The notes: generated by a model from the sequence alone, not told the origin. DNA of 64,000 nucleotides from Selaginella moellendorffii (GCF_000143415.4 NW_003314273.1:2666719-2730718); one strand, 5' to 3'. Positions 1-13,833 are shown, counted from the first letter of the stretch. Numbers and translations: made by a program.

Positions 1-60
1 AAAAAAAACAAAGAGACTGTTAGCAATATTGCAATCAAGAACACCCACGAGGCAGCCATC

Positions 61-3000
61 TTGGCTCTGGATCGTTCAAGAAGCCCGCGAGTTCACTTGG
101 TGGTAGATGCAGAAACCTCTCTTGGAACCTGGGGCTAGTTCACCGAACATAATTTTTTTAAACTTTTAATGCGCATCACATTTTACTGAGTACAAGCGGC
201 ACTCCATGCATAGGCTTCAAGCCAAACTTCATTGCAGGATTATGGCGGTAGCTTGGTGAAAGCCGGAACAAGAATCGCTGTAGTATCATAGCCAGAATGA
301 CTTTGGCTTCGATCATCGCAAACGACTGGCCCACGCAAACCCGCGGCCCAAACGAAAACGGCATGAAAGCATTGGGATGCTTGCACGCTCTTGAGATCCC
401 ATCTTTGAAGCGATCCGGATTGAATTGGCCTGCATCTTCTCCCCAGAGCTCCTTATCCTGATGCAATCCAGCGATTGCAAACGACACAGATACTCCTTTT
501 GGAACGTGTAAATCTTGCAGCCAAGACTCCTCCACACACTCCCTGGTCACCTCGTTTGCTGGTGGATACAGCCGCAGGGTTTCATAAAGGATCATTCCCA
601 CCTGTTCAAGAATCAAGAAGTTAAGTTTTGGAATTACGAGATATTGATCGACTTACAAGCTTGAGCCTGCTGACACTCTCGTCATCAGGAATCTCATTGC
701 CACATACTTCGTGTACCTCAGCACGGGCACGTTCTTGCCATTCAGGATAGCCTCCCAGTAGCATCAAAGTCCAGGTTAGTAAGGTGGCTGTGGTCTCATG
801 CCCCGCAATGTAGAATGTCTTGCATTCCTCTATCAGATCCCTGCTTGTGAAATTACTGCTGCTGTCACACTCCTTTAGCATCAATCCGAGTAAGTCATTC
901 CCGTATGTATTGCTCCTCCCTGACTTCACTGAGTTCCGACGCTCGTCTATGATCCCAGTGATCAGAGAATCCAACTCCTGATGAAGCTTCCACAGGCGGA
1001 GGTTGACTGGAAGTGGGAGAAACCTGTAAGCAAGTGATTATGATTCAGTTCAATAGATGATCCAGCATACCTGAAGCCTGGAATCCAGGAAAAGCTGATG
1101 AGTCTGGGCACTAGCTCTGGGACTTTCTTAGACAATATCTCGAAAACTCTCTGCCCTTTGAGATAGCTAGTTCCAAATGCTGTATGGGAGATAACGTCTC
1201 CTGTGAGCTTACGCACCTCTCCAGAGATTTCAATCTCGGGATTCTGCTGTCTCGTAGCTTCCCATTGATCAAGCATGCGAGATGCGCACCCTGCGATTGT
1301 ACCGGTCATTTGCTGTGTACAGGAGAATAAAAAACACTTATCAGCCAGACTTCATTGGAAGATAATAGTATGAATATCCACTTTAATACGTTCATGAAAA
1401 AATGCCGGTGCTACGAGTCGGCGGTGATGACTCCATTCCTCTCCAGTAACAAAAACCAATCCACGACCAAAGAACAAGTTCGCCAACCGCAGCTCGGCCT
1501 CCGATTTATCAAACTGAGACAACTTCTTAGACAAAACCTCCCTTACGATCTCGGGCTCCGAGACCGATATCCTTGGCTCAGTTCCCCACCAGAACACAAA
1601 TCTCTTCCCTGGACCATGATCATCAGAAACGAAACTTTGAGATTCATCAGTGATGACATGAACGTACCATATTGCTTCTGCCATTTGAGCAACGCAGGAT
1701 GTACCCGATGGAAGACGTCGTGGCTGAAACTTTCCATGTCGTGATCCTTGATGGCGCTCCTCATGTTCTGGATTTCAGCTATTTGGCCTACCATGAATCG
1801 GGGTGGAGGCCCCTGAATGCCCTCCTTCTTCAGCTGCGTGGCGATCGCCCTGGGGCGCCACCAGTAGACCGTCACGAATCGCCATAGCACTGCAGTGAAG
1901 AGGATGATGCAAATGCTCAAGATCCATCTCTCTTCCATATTTGCTGGACTAAGGGTAAAATGTGTGGGAGATGGGTGAGTGCATTTAAGCCAAGCGGATG
2001 GAGTGTTGTACAAGTAAGGATCTATCCCTAAGAAGCTACTTGGAACGTCTCGCGTGGCACGGCCTACCAAATTCAAACTAGAGTTGTGAGGTCCAAGTGT
2101 GTTTATAAATATTGATATGGATATGCTTTATTTTGCCATTGGATTAAAAAAGCATATTTTAAATTATTCTAAATCCAAGCCATCAATCAGCATTATGGAA
2201 TAGATAAGACTGCCACAGTGGATCACATTTTAGTTTGGGTTTGCAACGCTTCACCAGCCATTGCACAATAGAAACTACCCTTACAAAATCAGTGATCCAC
2301 TCTGAATTGACAAGAGATGGAAGATATATATTTTAGATGTACCACCACCGTTAACACTGCATTTTACCAACAATTGACATCCATCAATGGCTTCTCTCAC
2401 CCATGGGGTATCACTCAGGTGGAACAGATCATCGGGGTGGAGTTACATACTGGGCCTCAACAACATGGTGGAGCATAGCAACAAGGTTGAAAGTGTGATG
2501 ATATCACCAAGAAGACAATCATCCTCCTAGACAGCAACGACAATCACCACTGCCTGCAACAGTGCAAAGTCTTTGACAGTGATGAGTAGGAGTGGCAGCC
2601 ACAGGGGAAGAATGCTTTCAATACAACTAAAACCTCTCATAATGCAGGATTCTTTGTCTAAAACAATTAAATAGTGAATTAATGTTTAAACAGATTTGTA
2701 TCATTCTAGAGAATCATTGGGAAGATGAAAGTGAGCCATTGAAAAACAAAGTAGTTTTTCATGTAACTGCAAGTACTTCTAAGAATGTTCACAAAACAGG
2801 TTAAGCTTGGTGTTATACTCTTTAGACAAGTCCTTGGAAAACTAGAACCATCCAGTTTAATCCAGTCTCACTTCATATAGTCAAATTAGTGTTTTTTAAA
2901 GCACCATCTAAGCACCATTGTTCTCGATAAATGAAAACTTCATGACAAGCTGTGAGGCTTGAGCAATCCTTGAGCAATTATTAGAATTCATTTGCAAGTC

Positions 3001-3195
3001 CAACAATTCCATTTCCAGCAGTTTAGGCAATCAAAAACCCTTCAGCGCAAAAACCATGGCTTCACTACAGCTCAATTGCAATATTAAGTTATGTTGAAAT
3101 CAAGTTTTGCAACATATTTTTGCAATGATTTGAAGAACATAAAGCAGCATAATAGTCTGAAAAATTCTTCTTACAAACTGTCTTTATAAGTTGTA
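61..3195. repeat. Left arm of a ~3.1 kb inverted duplication (CYP copy 1 plus flanks)
   Basis: Reverse complement of ~6615-9790. Examples: 2101 gtttataaatattgatatggatatgc vs ~7622-7647; ~3170 ttacaaactgtctttataag vs ~6619-6638; 61-120 vs ~9725-9790. Confidence 0.9.
176..1938 (-). CDS. Cytochrome P450, CYP72 clan, copy 1; 5 exons, ~510 aa, apparently intact
   Basis: ATG at 1938 (MEERWILSICIILF anchor). GPPPRF hinge, I-helix AGHETT, ExxR (YETLRLYPP), FNPDRF and heme motif FSFGPRVCVG. Same 1763-nt span and intron positions as copy 2. Confidence 0.95.
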
Positions 3196-4550
3196 TTGAT
3201 ATTTATATTCTATTAGTTATGTTGTAAGTTGTTCTTATAAATTGTGCAGTTACATAAAAATTTCAGCAGTATCCTGTTTGTTTATGCTGTAAATTATTTA
3301 TATTTATAAAGTATATATACATATTTGATATAGTTGTATAGCAAATAACTTTCTATAAAATATTTGGATGGGTCAAATACTATAATACAGTTTATGCAAC
3401 CAATCCTTTTTTAATTCTAAAAATTGTAAACTATATTGAATTGTTATGTGTTTAAACTAGTTATATATAAATATCATAACTATATATAAATAAGTATGTT
3501 TCAATACTAAATAGAAAAATATATTACTTACAATATTTACATTTTTATAAACTATAACTAGTATATAATATTTTAAAACATGTTTTTGATATTTGTATAC
3601 TATATACTATAATTTTTGCTACTTCTCTCAAATTATTTGAAAAGAATGAAAGATATTAAAAATAATATTCTTTCTACTAGAAGAGATACTTATTTGTAAT
3701 TTACAAGGAAGAGGTGTCATGAATTAAAGTGCACCCCCTTTTCTAATCAATTAAGAGTCTTAGGATACTTAGGGTTAAGTATCCTTGAGTTTGAATAGTA
3801 TTAAATTGTGTGACCTCCAAAAAAATCTAAATTCATAAGCTTATATTTTATATTAGAATGGTCTCGGATCTGACTCTATTAGTTGGTTAAGGGAATCACA
3901 CTATATATTAAAATTGACATTTTAAAGGTTCAATTTGCCTTCAACTGAACTCAACTTGAAAGGTAAGGTGTCAAGAGAATAGAAAGCTTCGTTCTTGAAA
4001 GACAATTCATAAAAGTTTAAATATAGAGGGAAAAGGCTTATACACTATTTTTTTACAATCAATTAATGGTTTTATGATACTTAAGTTTAAATGTCCTTGG
4101 GTTTGAATAAAGGTTAAGTGTTTTTGGATTTAAATAGTATTGGGTTGGATAACGTTTAGAAAGTTTAAATTCAAGAGCTTACAAAATGCACAAACTTAAA
4201 TGAATAGAGAGGAACTCATTTAAGTTGGTGCATTTTGTTAGACAAAGAGGTTATTCCTTAACTTATTTAAATTGGTACATTCATTATCATTACATGATAG
4301 CTTACCATGTTTGTTAAACACTCTTACTATCATGCTCTATATGTTGGTTCTATTTCGGTCCTATATAATATTTATGGTAAGTCTCTAGATTTACTTAAGA
4401 GGCATATTTATAGAATGTAGAGAGTGTCATGAACCCTATAGTATTGTTCCTATGTCTTAATTCAAAATCTAGTGTCATTTCATATTTAATAAATTTTCAA
4501 GCTTATCCTAGGGGTGAAAGCCTAAAGTATGTGTTCCTTAAGAGGGGGGG

Positions 4551-5035
4551 CTATCCCTTTTCTTAAACCAATTGGAAAGGGGCAATTGCTTGATAAAAAA
4601 GCCCTTAATGGCTATTTTATCCCTATTTATCCCTTGGATCCTTTAAGGTTTTAAAAATCCATAATGATAGTATATCCTATGATCATATGTGTTACACTCA
4701 TCCCCCCTTCAGAGATGTCAATGTCTTTATTAATTATTGATTAACAACCTCTATTAAGCCAAGAAGAATCAACACTTTCATTTCCACACTGAATTTACCA
4801 ATCTTTCCATTATATAGACTGGGTATTCCATATGAAGCCCCATACCACAGTCATGTGGCTGATACCTTCATCCATGGATGCTCCACCAAAAGAAAGGACA
4901 TATGCATGGATGCCCAATATGTACGATTTCAAATTTAAGGGTAGGAATATACCTTGCTCAAGGGTATATTATATTTTTAAGTAGCCACTAATCAAGTCTG
5001 TAAAGACTAGCTGCCAAGTATTTTTTGATACCCAA
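4551..5035 (-). mobile_element. Truncated TRIM, same family as 31233-31842
   Basis: Shares LTR sequence (ccaattggaaaggggcaattgcttgat...gctattttatccc), the reversed PPT ctcatccccccttc and the internal region (accttgctcaagggtatattata...gtagccactaatcaa). Ends at a degenerate reversed PBS (tgatacc). Confidence 0.75.
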
Positions 5036-5039
5036 AGTT

Positions 5040-5930
5040 ACTCTCCCCCCCTTAGGGAAGATCAATGTCTTCATTAATGCATACCCTAGTCTAGCAAACC
5101 ATTAAGGAAACAACTTTAAAAGTTAATGGAAAGCATAATTTATATGAAATACACCAATTTAAATGAGTGATCTTTGTGTATTCTTATAGAACTTCGTTCT
5201 ACCTTGTATCACCAATTGAGACACACTGACATCTACATCACCTTTTGCCACACTTCATATAGCATTTAATAGCTCCTATATATGTGTGGCATAAAGGTGA
5301 AGGTCCTTATCGAATGCCATCAATTGCTACATGCTAATATGCATTATATCCCTACACTTTTTGCATACTTCATGGAGCAACAAATGCAATAGAGTTGCAT
5401 CTTTTCTGTAAAAAAGAATATTAGTATCCCAACTATATAAACCTATATGAAGAAGCTTTTAGTTCTAGTAAAGAAAAGGTAATCTGTACTTTATTGAAAT
5501 CTTCTTCTCAAAGCTTTTGCACCTTTGGAGCATATGCATACCAACTTCACCCACCCTCATGTTTATCAAAGTATTCATGTAAAATAAATTAGATTTAACC
5601 CCATGCAACTTCTATTGGCTATCTTGTCGGTCCTCCTAAAGTTTTGCATATCATCATGTTGTCAATAAACCTTTAGTACATAAGTAAAGCTAAGGGAAAA
5701 TGAGGCTTTTCCTCTGAACATAGACTCATGTACTTAAAAGGCAAACATGAAATGCTTTAATATAAAAAACATGTATTCCATGCTCACTTAACATGTTTTT
5801 AATGGGTATTTTGACTCATGTATCATATCCAATAGTGGTTGCAAAGCTTGCATGGCCTTGTCATGCTAGTGGGTGTATCAAGCTTTCTTCTTATGCTCTA
5901 CCACTTCAAGTAGTTCCTATGGAGTGGGAT
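5040..5930 (-). mobile_element. Decayed LTR-retrotransposon 3' internal relic, probably Copia RT/RNaseH
   Basis: 5041-5120 resembles the PPT-adjacent region at 30307-30380. Minus-strand fragments such as VAKGDVDV are weakly Copia RNaseH-like. No open frame. Confidence 0.4.
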
Positions 5931-6614
5931 AGAGTAATTAAAATATTTCTAAAGTAAAATTTCAGTTTTTAATTTAAGTTTTTCTTAATAGATATAAATC
6001 AAAAGAAGATCTTGCAAAAATAAATAAAATATAATTAATGTTTTAATTATAGAATGATATTAGTTTGTGTCCATCATACTCCATTGAGAAAATAAATAAT
6101 AGTGGATGTTGATGATGCAATTGTGATTTATGCTGATGCCCTTCACCAAGTATAAAAATATTATATTTCATGCATTGGAGTGAATATGTGATAATTTATA
6201 CAATGACTTCCAACACAATGAGTAACATTATGCACTTATTCAAAGTATGGAGAACAAATTTAACACAGTGATAAAACAATAAAGAAAGAAGACCAAGGCT
6301 ATATGAAATTTTCTTGATAATGTGAAAATTTATATGGTCAACACCAAATTAAGTTTAGCATCATCTCAAAATCAAAATATTAGCACTAGTAAAATTTGAA
6401 TTTACAATATAGTGAAGTCCAAATGACAACCTGACATTATTAATTAGATTTGAAGATTTTGTGAAAATGGTAAAACTTATTAAAAACAATAATATCCAAT
6501 CTAGTGTCATTCTTGAATTTAAATGGTTTTATTTTTATATAAATATTTGAATTAAATTTTTTGTTTAAATTTTTTTGTAACACTAGTTATCTGATGTTAA
6601 TTTATAAGAATCAC

Positions 6615-9600
6615 TTAACTTATAAAGACAGTTTGTAAGAAAAAAAATGTACACTATTATGCTCCTTTGTGTTCTTCCAATCATTGTGAAATTGTGTTGT
6701 AAAACTCACTTGATTGCAACATTACTTAATATTGCTATTGAGCTGTACTAAAGCCATAACACTAAAGGGTTTTAGACTGTGCTGGACATAGAATTGTTGG
6801 ACTTGCAAAGGAATTCTTGCACAAGCCTAAGGCCTGCTTTAGCCTCACATCTACAGCTTGCCATGAAACTTTCATTTCTCAAGAATGAGGTTAGGTGGTG
6901 CTTCAAAAAACACTTATTTGACTATATGCAGTGAGACTGGATGGTTCTAGTTTTCCAAAGACATGTCTAGAGAGTATAACACCAATCTCAACCTATGTTG
7001 TGGACACGTCTTAGAAGTACTCACAGTTTACATGAAAAACTACTTTGTTTTGCAATGGCTCACTTTCATATGTCCAATGATTCTTTGTTAAAACATATAT
7101 AATTGTTTTAGACAAAGAATCCTGTCTTAGTTGTATTGAAAGCATTCTTTCCCTGTGGTTGCCACTCTGTGTCTGCCACTCCTACTCATCACTGTCAAAG
7201 ACTTTGCACTGTTGCAAGTGGTGGTGATTGTCATTGCAGTCCAGGAGGATGATTGTCTTCTTGGTGATCTCATCACACATTCAACCCTGTTGCTATGCTC
7301 CACCATGTTGTTGAGGCCCAGTATGTAGCTCCACCCTGACGATTCGTGCCACCTGAGCGACACCCCACGGGTGAGAGAAGCCATTGATGGATGTCGATTC
7401 TTGTTGGTAAATGCAGTGTTAACGGTGGTGGTACATCTATTTTCCATCTCTTTTCAATTCAGAGTGGATCACTGATTTTGTAAGGGTAGTTTCTATTGTG
7501 CAATGGCTGGTGAAGCATTACCCAAATTAGAATGTGATCCACTGTTATTCCATAATGCTGATTGATGGCTTGGATTTAGAATAATCTAAAATATGCTTTT
7601 TCAATCCAATGGCAAAATAAAGCATATCCATATCAATATTTATAAACAATTTAAAACTCTAGTTTGAATTTGACGTACTTGGGATGTCTTCCAAATCATG
7701 GAAGAGTGAGTAACCACACACAAACCGTGTAACGCTAGAAGTTCCAAGTAGCTTCTTAGGGATATCCATCTACTTGGCTTAACTGCACTCGCCCACCTGC
7801 CCCACATTTTACCCTTAGTCCAGCAAATGGAAGGGAGATGGATCTTGAGCACTTGCATCGTCCTCTTCACCGCAGCGCTATGGCGATTCGTGACGGTCTA
7901 CTGGTGGCGCCCCAGGGCGACCGCGGCGCAGCTGAAGAAGGAGGGGATTCAGGGGCCTCCACCCCGACTCATGGTAGGCCAAATAGCTGAAATCCAGAAC
8001 ATGAGGAGCGCCATCGAGGATCACGACATGGAAAGTTTCAGCCACGACATCTTCCATCGGGTATATCCTGCGTTGCTCAAATGGCGGAAGCAATATGGTA
8101 TGTTCCTGTCATCCCTGATGAATCTCAAAGCTTTGTTTCTGATGATCATGGTCCAGGGAAGAGATTTGTGTTCTGGTTGGGAACTGAACCAAGGATATCG
8201 GTCTCGGAGCCTGAGATCGTAAGGGAGGTTTTGTCTAAGAAGTTTTCTCAGTTTGATAAATCGGAGGCCGGGCTGCGGTTCGCGAACTTGTTCCTTGGTC
8301 GTGGATTGGTTTCTGTTACTGGAGAGGAATGGAGTCATCATCGCCGACTCGTAGCACCGGCATTCTTTCATGAACGTATTAAAGTGGGTATTCATACTGT
8401 TATCTTCTCATGATGTCTCGCTGATAGGTGTTTCTGATTCTCCTGTACACAGCAAATGACCGGTTCAATCGCAGGGTGCGCATCTCGCATGCTTGATCAA
8501 TGGGAAGCTACGAGACAGCAGAATCCCGAGATTGAAATCTCTGGAGAGGTGCGTAAGCTCACAGGAGACGTTATCTCCCATACAGCATTTGGAACTAGCT
8601 ATCTCAAAGGGCAGAGGGTTTTCGAGATATTGTCTAAGAAAATCCCAGAGCTAGTGCCCAAACTCTTCAGCTTTTCCTGGATTCCAGGCTTCAGGTATGC
8701 TCGATCATCTATTGAACTGAATCATAATCACTTGCTTACAGGTTTCTCCCACTTCCAATCAACCTCCGACTGTGGAAGCTTCATCAGGAGTTGGATTCTC
8801 TGATCACTGGGATCATAGACGAGCGTCGGAACTCAGTGAAGTCAGGGAGGAGTAATACATACGGGAATGACTTACTCGGGCTGATGCTGAAGGAGTGTGA
8901 CAGCAGCAGTAATTTCACAAGCAGGGATCTGATAGAGGAATGCAAGACGTTCTACCTTGCGGGCCATGAGACCACAGCCATCTTACTAACCTGGACTTTG
9001 ATGCTACTGGGAGGCTATCCTGAATGGCAAGAACGCGCCCGTGCTGAGGTACACGAAGTATGTGGCAATGAGATTCCTGATGGCGAGAGTGTCAGCAGGC
9101 TCAAGCTCGTAAGTCGATCAATATCTCGTAATTCCAAAACTTAACTTCTTGATTCTTGAACAGGTGGGAATGATCCTTTACGAAACTCTGCGGCTGTATC
9201 CACCAGTAGTCGAGATGACCAGGGAGTGTGTGGAGGAGTCTTGGCTGCAAGATTTACACGTTCCAAGAGGAGTATCTGTGTCGTTTCCAATTGTTGGATT
9301 GCATCAGGATAAGGAGCTCTGGGGAGAAGATGCAGGCCAATTCAATCCGCATCGCTTCAAAGATGGGATCTCAAGCGCGTGCAGGCATCCCAATGCTTTC
9401 ATGCCGTTTTCGTTTGGGCCGCGGGTGTGCGTGGGCCAGTCGTTTGCGATGATCGAAGCCAAAGTCATTCTGGCTATGATACTACAGCGATTCTTGTTCC
9501 GGCTTTCACCGAACTACCGCCATAATCCTGCGATGAAGTTTGGATTGAAGCCTATGCATGGAGTGCCGCTTGTACTCAGTAAAATGTGATGCATGTTCCT

Positions 9601-9790
9601 GGCATTAGAAGTTCAAAAAAGTTATGTTCGTTGAACTACTCCGAGTTCTTGAACCAAACTGGTTGATAAATCATCTGCTCTTTCATAGTACCTCAGAAAC
9701 GTTTAGAACCATCGCGATGGAGCCCCAAGACAGGTATCTGCATCTCTACCACCGGGTGAACTCGCGGGCTTCCTGAACGATCCAGAGCGA
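6615..9790. repeat. Right arm of the inverted duplication (CYP copy 2 plus flanks)
   Basis: Reverse complement of 61-3195. Confidence 0.9.
7827..9589 (+). CDS. Cytochrome P450, CYP72 clan, copy 2; exons 7827-8097, 8157-8383, 8453-8694, 8742-9108, 9164-9589 (510 aa)
   Basis: GT-AG introns give 1533 nt in one frame. Motifs AGHETT, YETLRLYPP, FNPHRF and FSFGPRVCVG. The five-exon layout is typical of the CYP72 clan. Confidence 0.95.
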
Positions 9791-9999
9791 GACGCGGTTT
9801 GGTGTCAAGCATCCCGGAAGGGGCGAGGGGATCAAGCGCGAGAGCAACCCATCTAGAACCCGTTCTCCTAACTCCTAAATCCGCCTCGAGCAGCGAAACC
9901 CCGGCCTCGAGCAGCGAGAATCTCGGTCTAGACGACCCTAGAAGTGAATATTATAGAACTTTCCTTTTATAGACAGGTCATTCCGTTGAGATATGCAGT

Positions 10000-10900
10000 G
10001 AGAGGGTATAGGGTAGGGGATGTCCCAAAAGTCTTCCTAGATAAAGTGGCTGTTATCATTGCCTCTCCAACTCCATCCATAATTTGGCAATTACAATTAT
10101 GGCAATTGCATCACATTCTTATTGCTAAATATGTCATATCCAATAGTTGAGTGATAAAATCTAGAGGTTGGAGAGCTAGTGTTGCCAGTTGAGCCTTCTT
10201 CAAAGCATTGAGAGAAGCATTTTCATCCACTATCCATTCAAAAATTACATCCTTGTGAAGCAGTTGTTGGAGGGGTTGGGTCATTGCTGCATAACCAAAG
10301 ATGAAGTGTTAAAAGTAACTTGCATTTCCTAGGTAAAGACTTCTCATATCTCTTGGCTCAATAGACAAAGCTTGATCATTATGTAGTAACTATTGTCTAT
10401 ACTTTCCATCACCTTTGCCACTATTTTATGCTGAAGAGGGCAATGATTCATATTCTAGTGAATCCCCTAATAGGCAAACCTATATTACAAAGCCATCATG
10501 CTCATTGGATTCTCTAGCTATCCAAATTTGATTTCAAGATCATGGTGGAGAAATCTCGAGTGTTCAATCCCAACAGCCTTGTCTTCTCATTTTTAAATGA
10601 GGATAACACTCATAATTTTGATAATGCCTTCAAGACACTCTAGATGATCAGCTCTATTATGTTGACATAGTTCACTCCTGATATGCCAATATCATCTAGG
10701 CTTTTCTCATCTCTCTATATGTGAGAAATGCAAGTTAGTAACAAAGTATGTCATCTTAGGTGGGATTCTTTTCTGGTGATGGTGATATTCTCTAATGCAT
10801 CAATGACAATGAGGTTGTTGAGATCCTTCATGCATGCCATAACTACTTTAGACACTTCTCAGGTATGCTCACAGCAAAACAGGTGATGTAAGCTGGCTAT
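10000..10900 (-). mobile_element. Decayed Gypsy RT/RNaseH relic
   Basis: Minus strand near 10330-10200 reads LGNASYF*HFIFGYAAMTQPLQQLLHKDVIFEW, the RT-RNaseH connection. Many stops. Confidence 0.6.
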
Positions 10901-13575
10901 TATTGGCCAACATTACTCAGCTAATCCACCCATAAGACTCTTTTAAAATGGTAGAGAACTATTCACTCTAACTCCTAAACTTCACACTAGTACTGAACAA
11001 TAACAGCTTATGAGCTTATGAGCTCTAGGTGCGCTGCGAGCTAGGGTTTCTAGAAAGGAGCTTAAAGGAAATGAAAAGGTAAGCAATTATAATGCACTTC
11101 CAGGAGTATCTTGACAAAAAACCTTCTTGACAACTTAATTTACAAATGCTCACCTAAGCATGACAAATAAAATCTGTCACAATCTTGAATCAAGGAGTAC
11201 TTAGACATGATTAGTGTGTCACAGCAAGAGGTAAGTGAGCAGCATGAGCCCAACGATTCACAAGGGAGGACACTACAAAAAGAAAGCTACACCAAAAAAG
11301 GTAAAATTACCAATCATCATGTTGAGTCATCTCACAAGCATTCCTAGCTCAAAACTAAGACTATGAATCCAAAACAATTCAAATGTTTACAAAGAAATAG
11401 AGAATCTGAAAGTTATGAAACATAAGAAAACATGAAAGTATTCCAGACCTAAGCTGCTACAAATAGTAGCATTGGAGATGGGTGCTATTGTGAGGATTTG
11501 GCAATCAGTGGTTAACAAGATCTATGAGTTAGTACAGGTTTGGACTCACAATTCTAGCAATCCAAAACAGTCCCAACTATGGAGTAGCAAGTTTGGGATG
11601 ATGTAGAGTCCTAGAGTCAAAGAGCTTCATTAAGCCACCTCTTAGAAGCACATATGTGCTTGTTGTAAAACATGTTGCTGTTGCCACACTAGAGTTGCAA
11701 CAAGTCAAAACACATTTAAGACTAGAAGCTGATTATGTTGATGTTCAAGTTGGTCCATAGTGCTTATAGTAAAAGCCATAGTAGATGTTGTAAAGGTTGG
11801 CAATTCTAACTAAATTAGAAGAATTATTTCCACACATGATGAAGAGGTAAATGTTTTATTTTGTGTATTTTCCTAAGCAGAGCAAAAGAAGGAAGCTTAG
11901 GCAAACTGGAGTTACACCTAAGTTTAGAAAAGAAGAAAAACCTAACCTAGGTAACACTTGTCATAGACAAGTGAGAAGTAGTTAGGAATAGTTATAAAAT
12001 CATATAATATATAAGTAGCACTTAGACGTGCTGGAAAACAACCACCACTCACTATTGTATGCATTTACATTGAATTAATCACCTTTTTTCTAATTTATGA
12101 TTGTTTGTGCAAAGTAGAGTTGAGAGAGTGGCATATACTTATCCTTACTCACACCTTTAGGGTTTGAGGTTGAATTCTATTTTATTCTCTTTTCATTCTT
12201 CTTCTCTCCTTCTCTTTTTTATATTTTCATTTTTGTTTGTTTATCACTATTTTGTAGGTGAGTATAGGCAAAAAAAACTTTACTCACTTTTGGTAACCAT
12301 GGTAGGATATATTATTACTATTTGGTTTGAAAAATAACTGGGAGAAAATTGCTTGTGAAGTCCAAATATGCTTAGCATTAAGAATCACAAGTAGATCTCT
12401 TTAGTGATTGCAAAGACCCTAGCCCAGACAATGCTGAACGAATGAGCTTTTTTGCAAATTGCAATGGTTTAGTGTTCAGACAATGCAAGAAAGATAGTTT
12501 TTCAACTGTCATATAAGCCACAGAGCATGTGACAAGTTTGAAATTGGAGTTCGACATAGATTGCTAAAAAACTCAAGCTCAAATTGTTTTGCCAACAATT
12601 TCTTGAGAAAAATCCAAAAGAAAAAGGAATGAATTTTGTTTGATGTGGAAAACACAATCAACTACTCTAGAATTCTTTCATTCTGAACAAGTTCTTATTT
12701 GAGTTTTCAGAGGACACATTTTTTCAATAGCGTGTCACAATTTTTCTAAGCATACACAAGCAAGAAAATTAAGCATTAGTAACTGTTGTCTTCAACCCCA
12801 GCTTAAAGAGAACTAGAGCTAGCTTTAATAAAGAATAAATTGGGGAATTATTCACCTAAATATTATGAGGTTTTAACAAAGGTAGAATCACAATTAAAAC
12901 ATTGTGTTGTCTTAAAAGCTCTATTTCGTTAAAGTGGGATTTATTCAGTAAAATGGGACTAGGTACAAATTTTCAAGTATTTGAAAATGACGTGAAATTA
13001 TATGTTTTTTGTCCAGGGGCTAGACATATCTGGGGCATGGTGACTAGCGCGGTGACTTTATGTCCAGACTGAGTCCATCTGGTTGTATAATAAATCTCAT
13101 TGTCAAGGTGAACAAGCCGAATCTGAAGCTAAAGAAGAGCGATGGCATGCGCGCACACACTATTTGTTTGTTCATTGAGCGTGTGGTGAGCTTTCCAAGA
13201 TGAACGTCATTCCTATTAGCCAGACATATAACTTAATGGTGAGAACATTTAGATATTATTCAATGTTATCTTTTTCTAACCAATCTAATTGTGAAGGTGT
13301 AGCAAGAGGCATTGTTAGTCTGGAGAAGTCATTTAACTCATTTGACCCTTAGTGTATTTTCATGAAACTAAATAACATTCATATTATTAAGGAATTTCTC
13401 TAGTACCTTTTTTTTACGACATAGAGGCTTGCATTTCTTTCAAAGGTGATTTAGTAAAAGGCCTGAGGGCACATGCCATTCTATTTCTCAGACCGGTATT
13501 AAGATATACTAGTGCAAAGGGAAAAAGGTATTTGGTGATCAAGTAAATGGCATGAGGGCACACGCCATTATAAGC

Positions 13576-13833
13576 CTAAGCGCTAGTGGACACCTCCTTT
13601 TTGGTACTCTCAGCGGTACTATCATCCTTCTCCGGGTCAGTTGTTTTGCTTTGGATTGTTGTCTTTGACGTTACTGGGGCGTTCTCGATAGTTGTTAATG
13701 TTGCCGTTTGTTCAGAAAAATGATCACCTGGAGTATAGTACGGGGAGTTTGGAAGACTTATATATTCTACATCTTCACCTATCTCCTTCTCCGTCTCCTT
13801 TTCTGCCTCACTTACAGATTTTGTGCTTGCCAT
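13576..13833 (-). CDS. Small acidic, Thr/Ser-rich ORF (85 aa, MASTKSVSEAEKETEKEIGEDVEYISLPNSPYYTPGDH...), possible third gene of the element
   Basis: ATG in a good context (tcATGG), protein-like composition, flanked by palindrome copies. No recognisable domain. Confidence 0.3.
   Translation of the reverse strand: MASTKSVSEAEKETEKEIGEDVEYISLPNSPYYTPGDHFSEQTATLTTIENAPVTSKTTIQSKTTDPEKDDSTAESTKKEVSTSA

Noticed and set aside
7127-7447. 106-aa ORF upstream of P450 copy 2
   Set aside because: The inverted counterpart (~2320-2630) has indels and stops, and no domain is recognisable.
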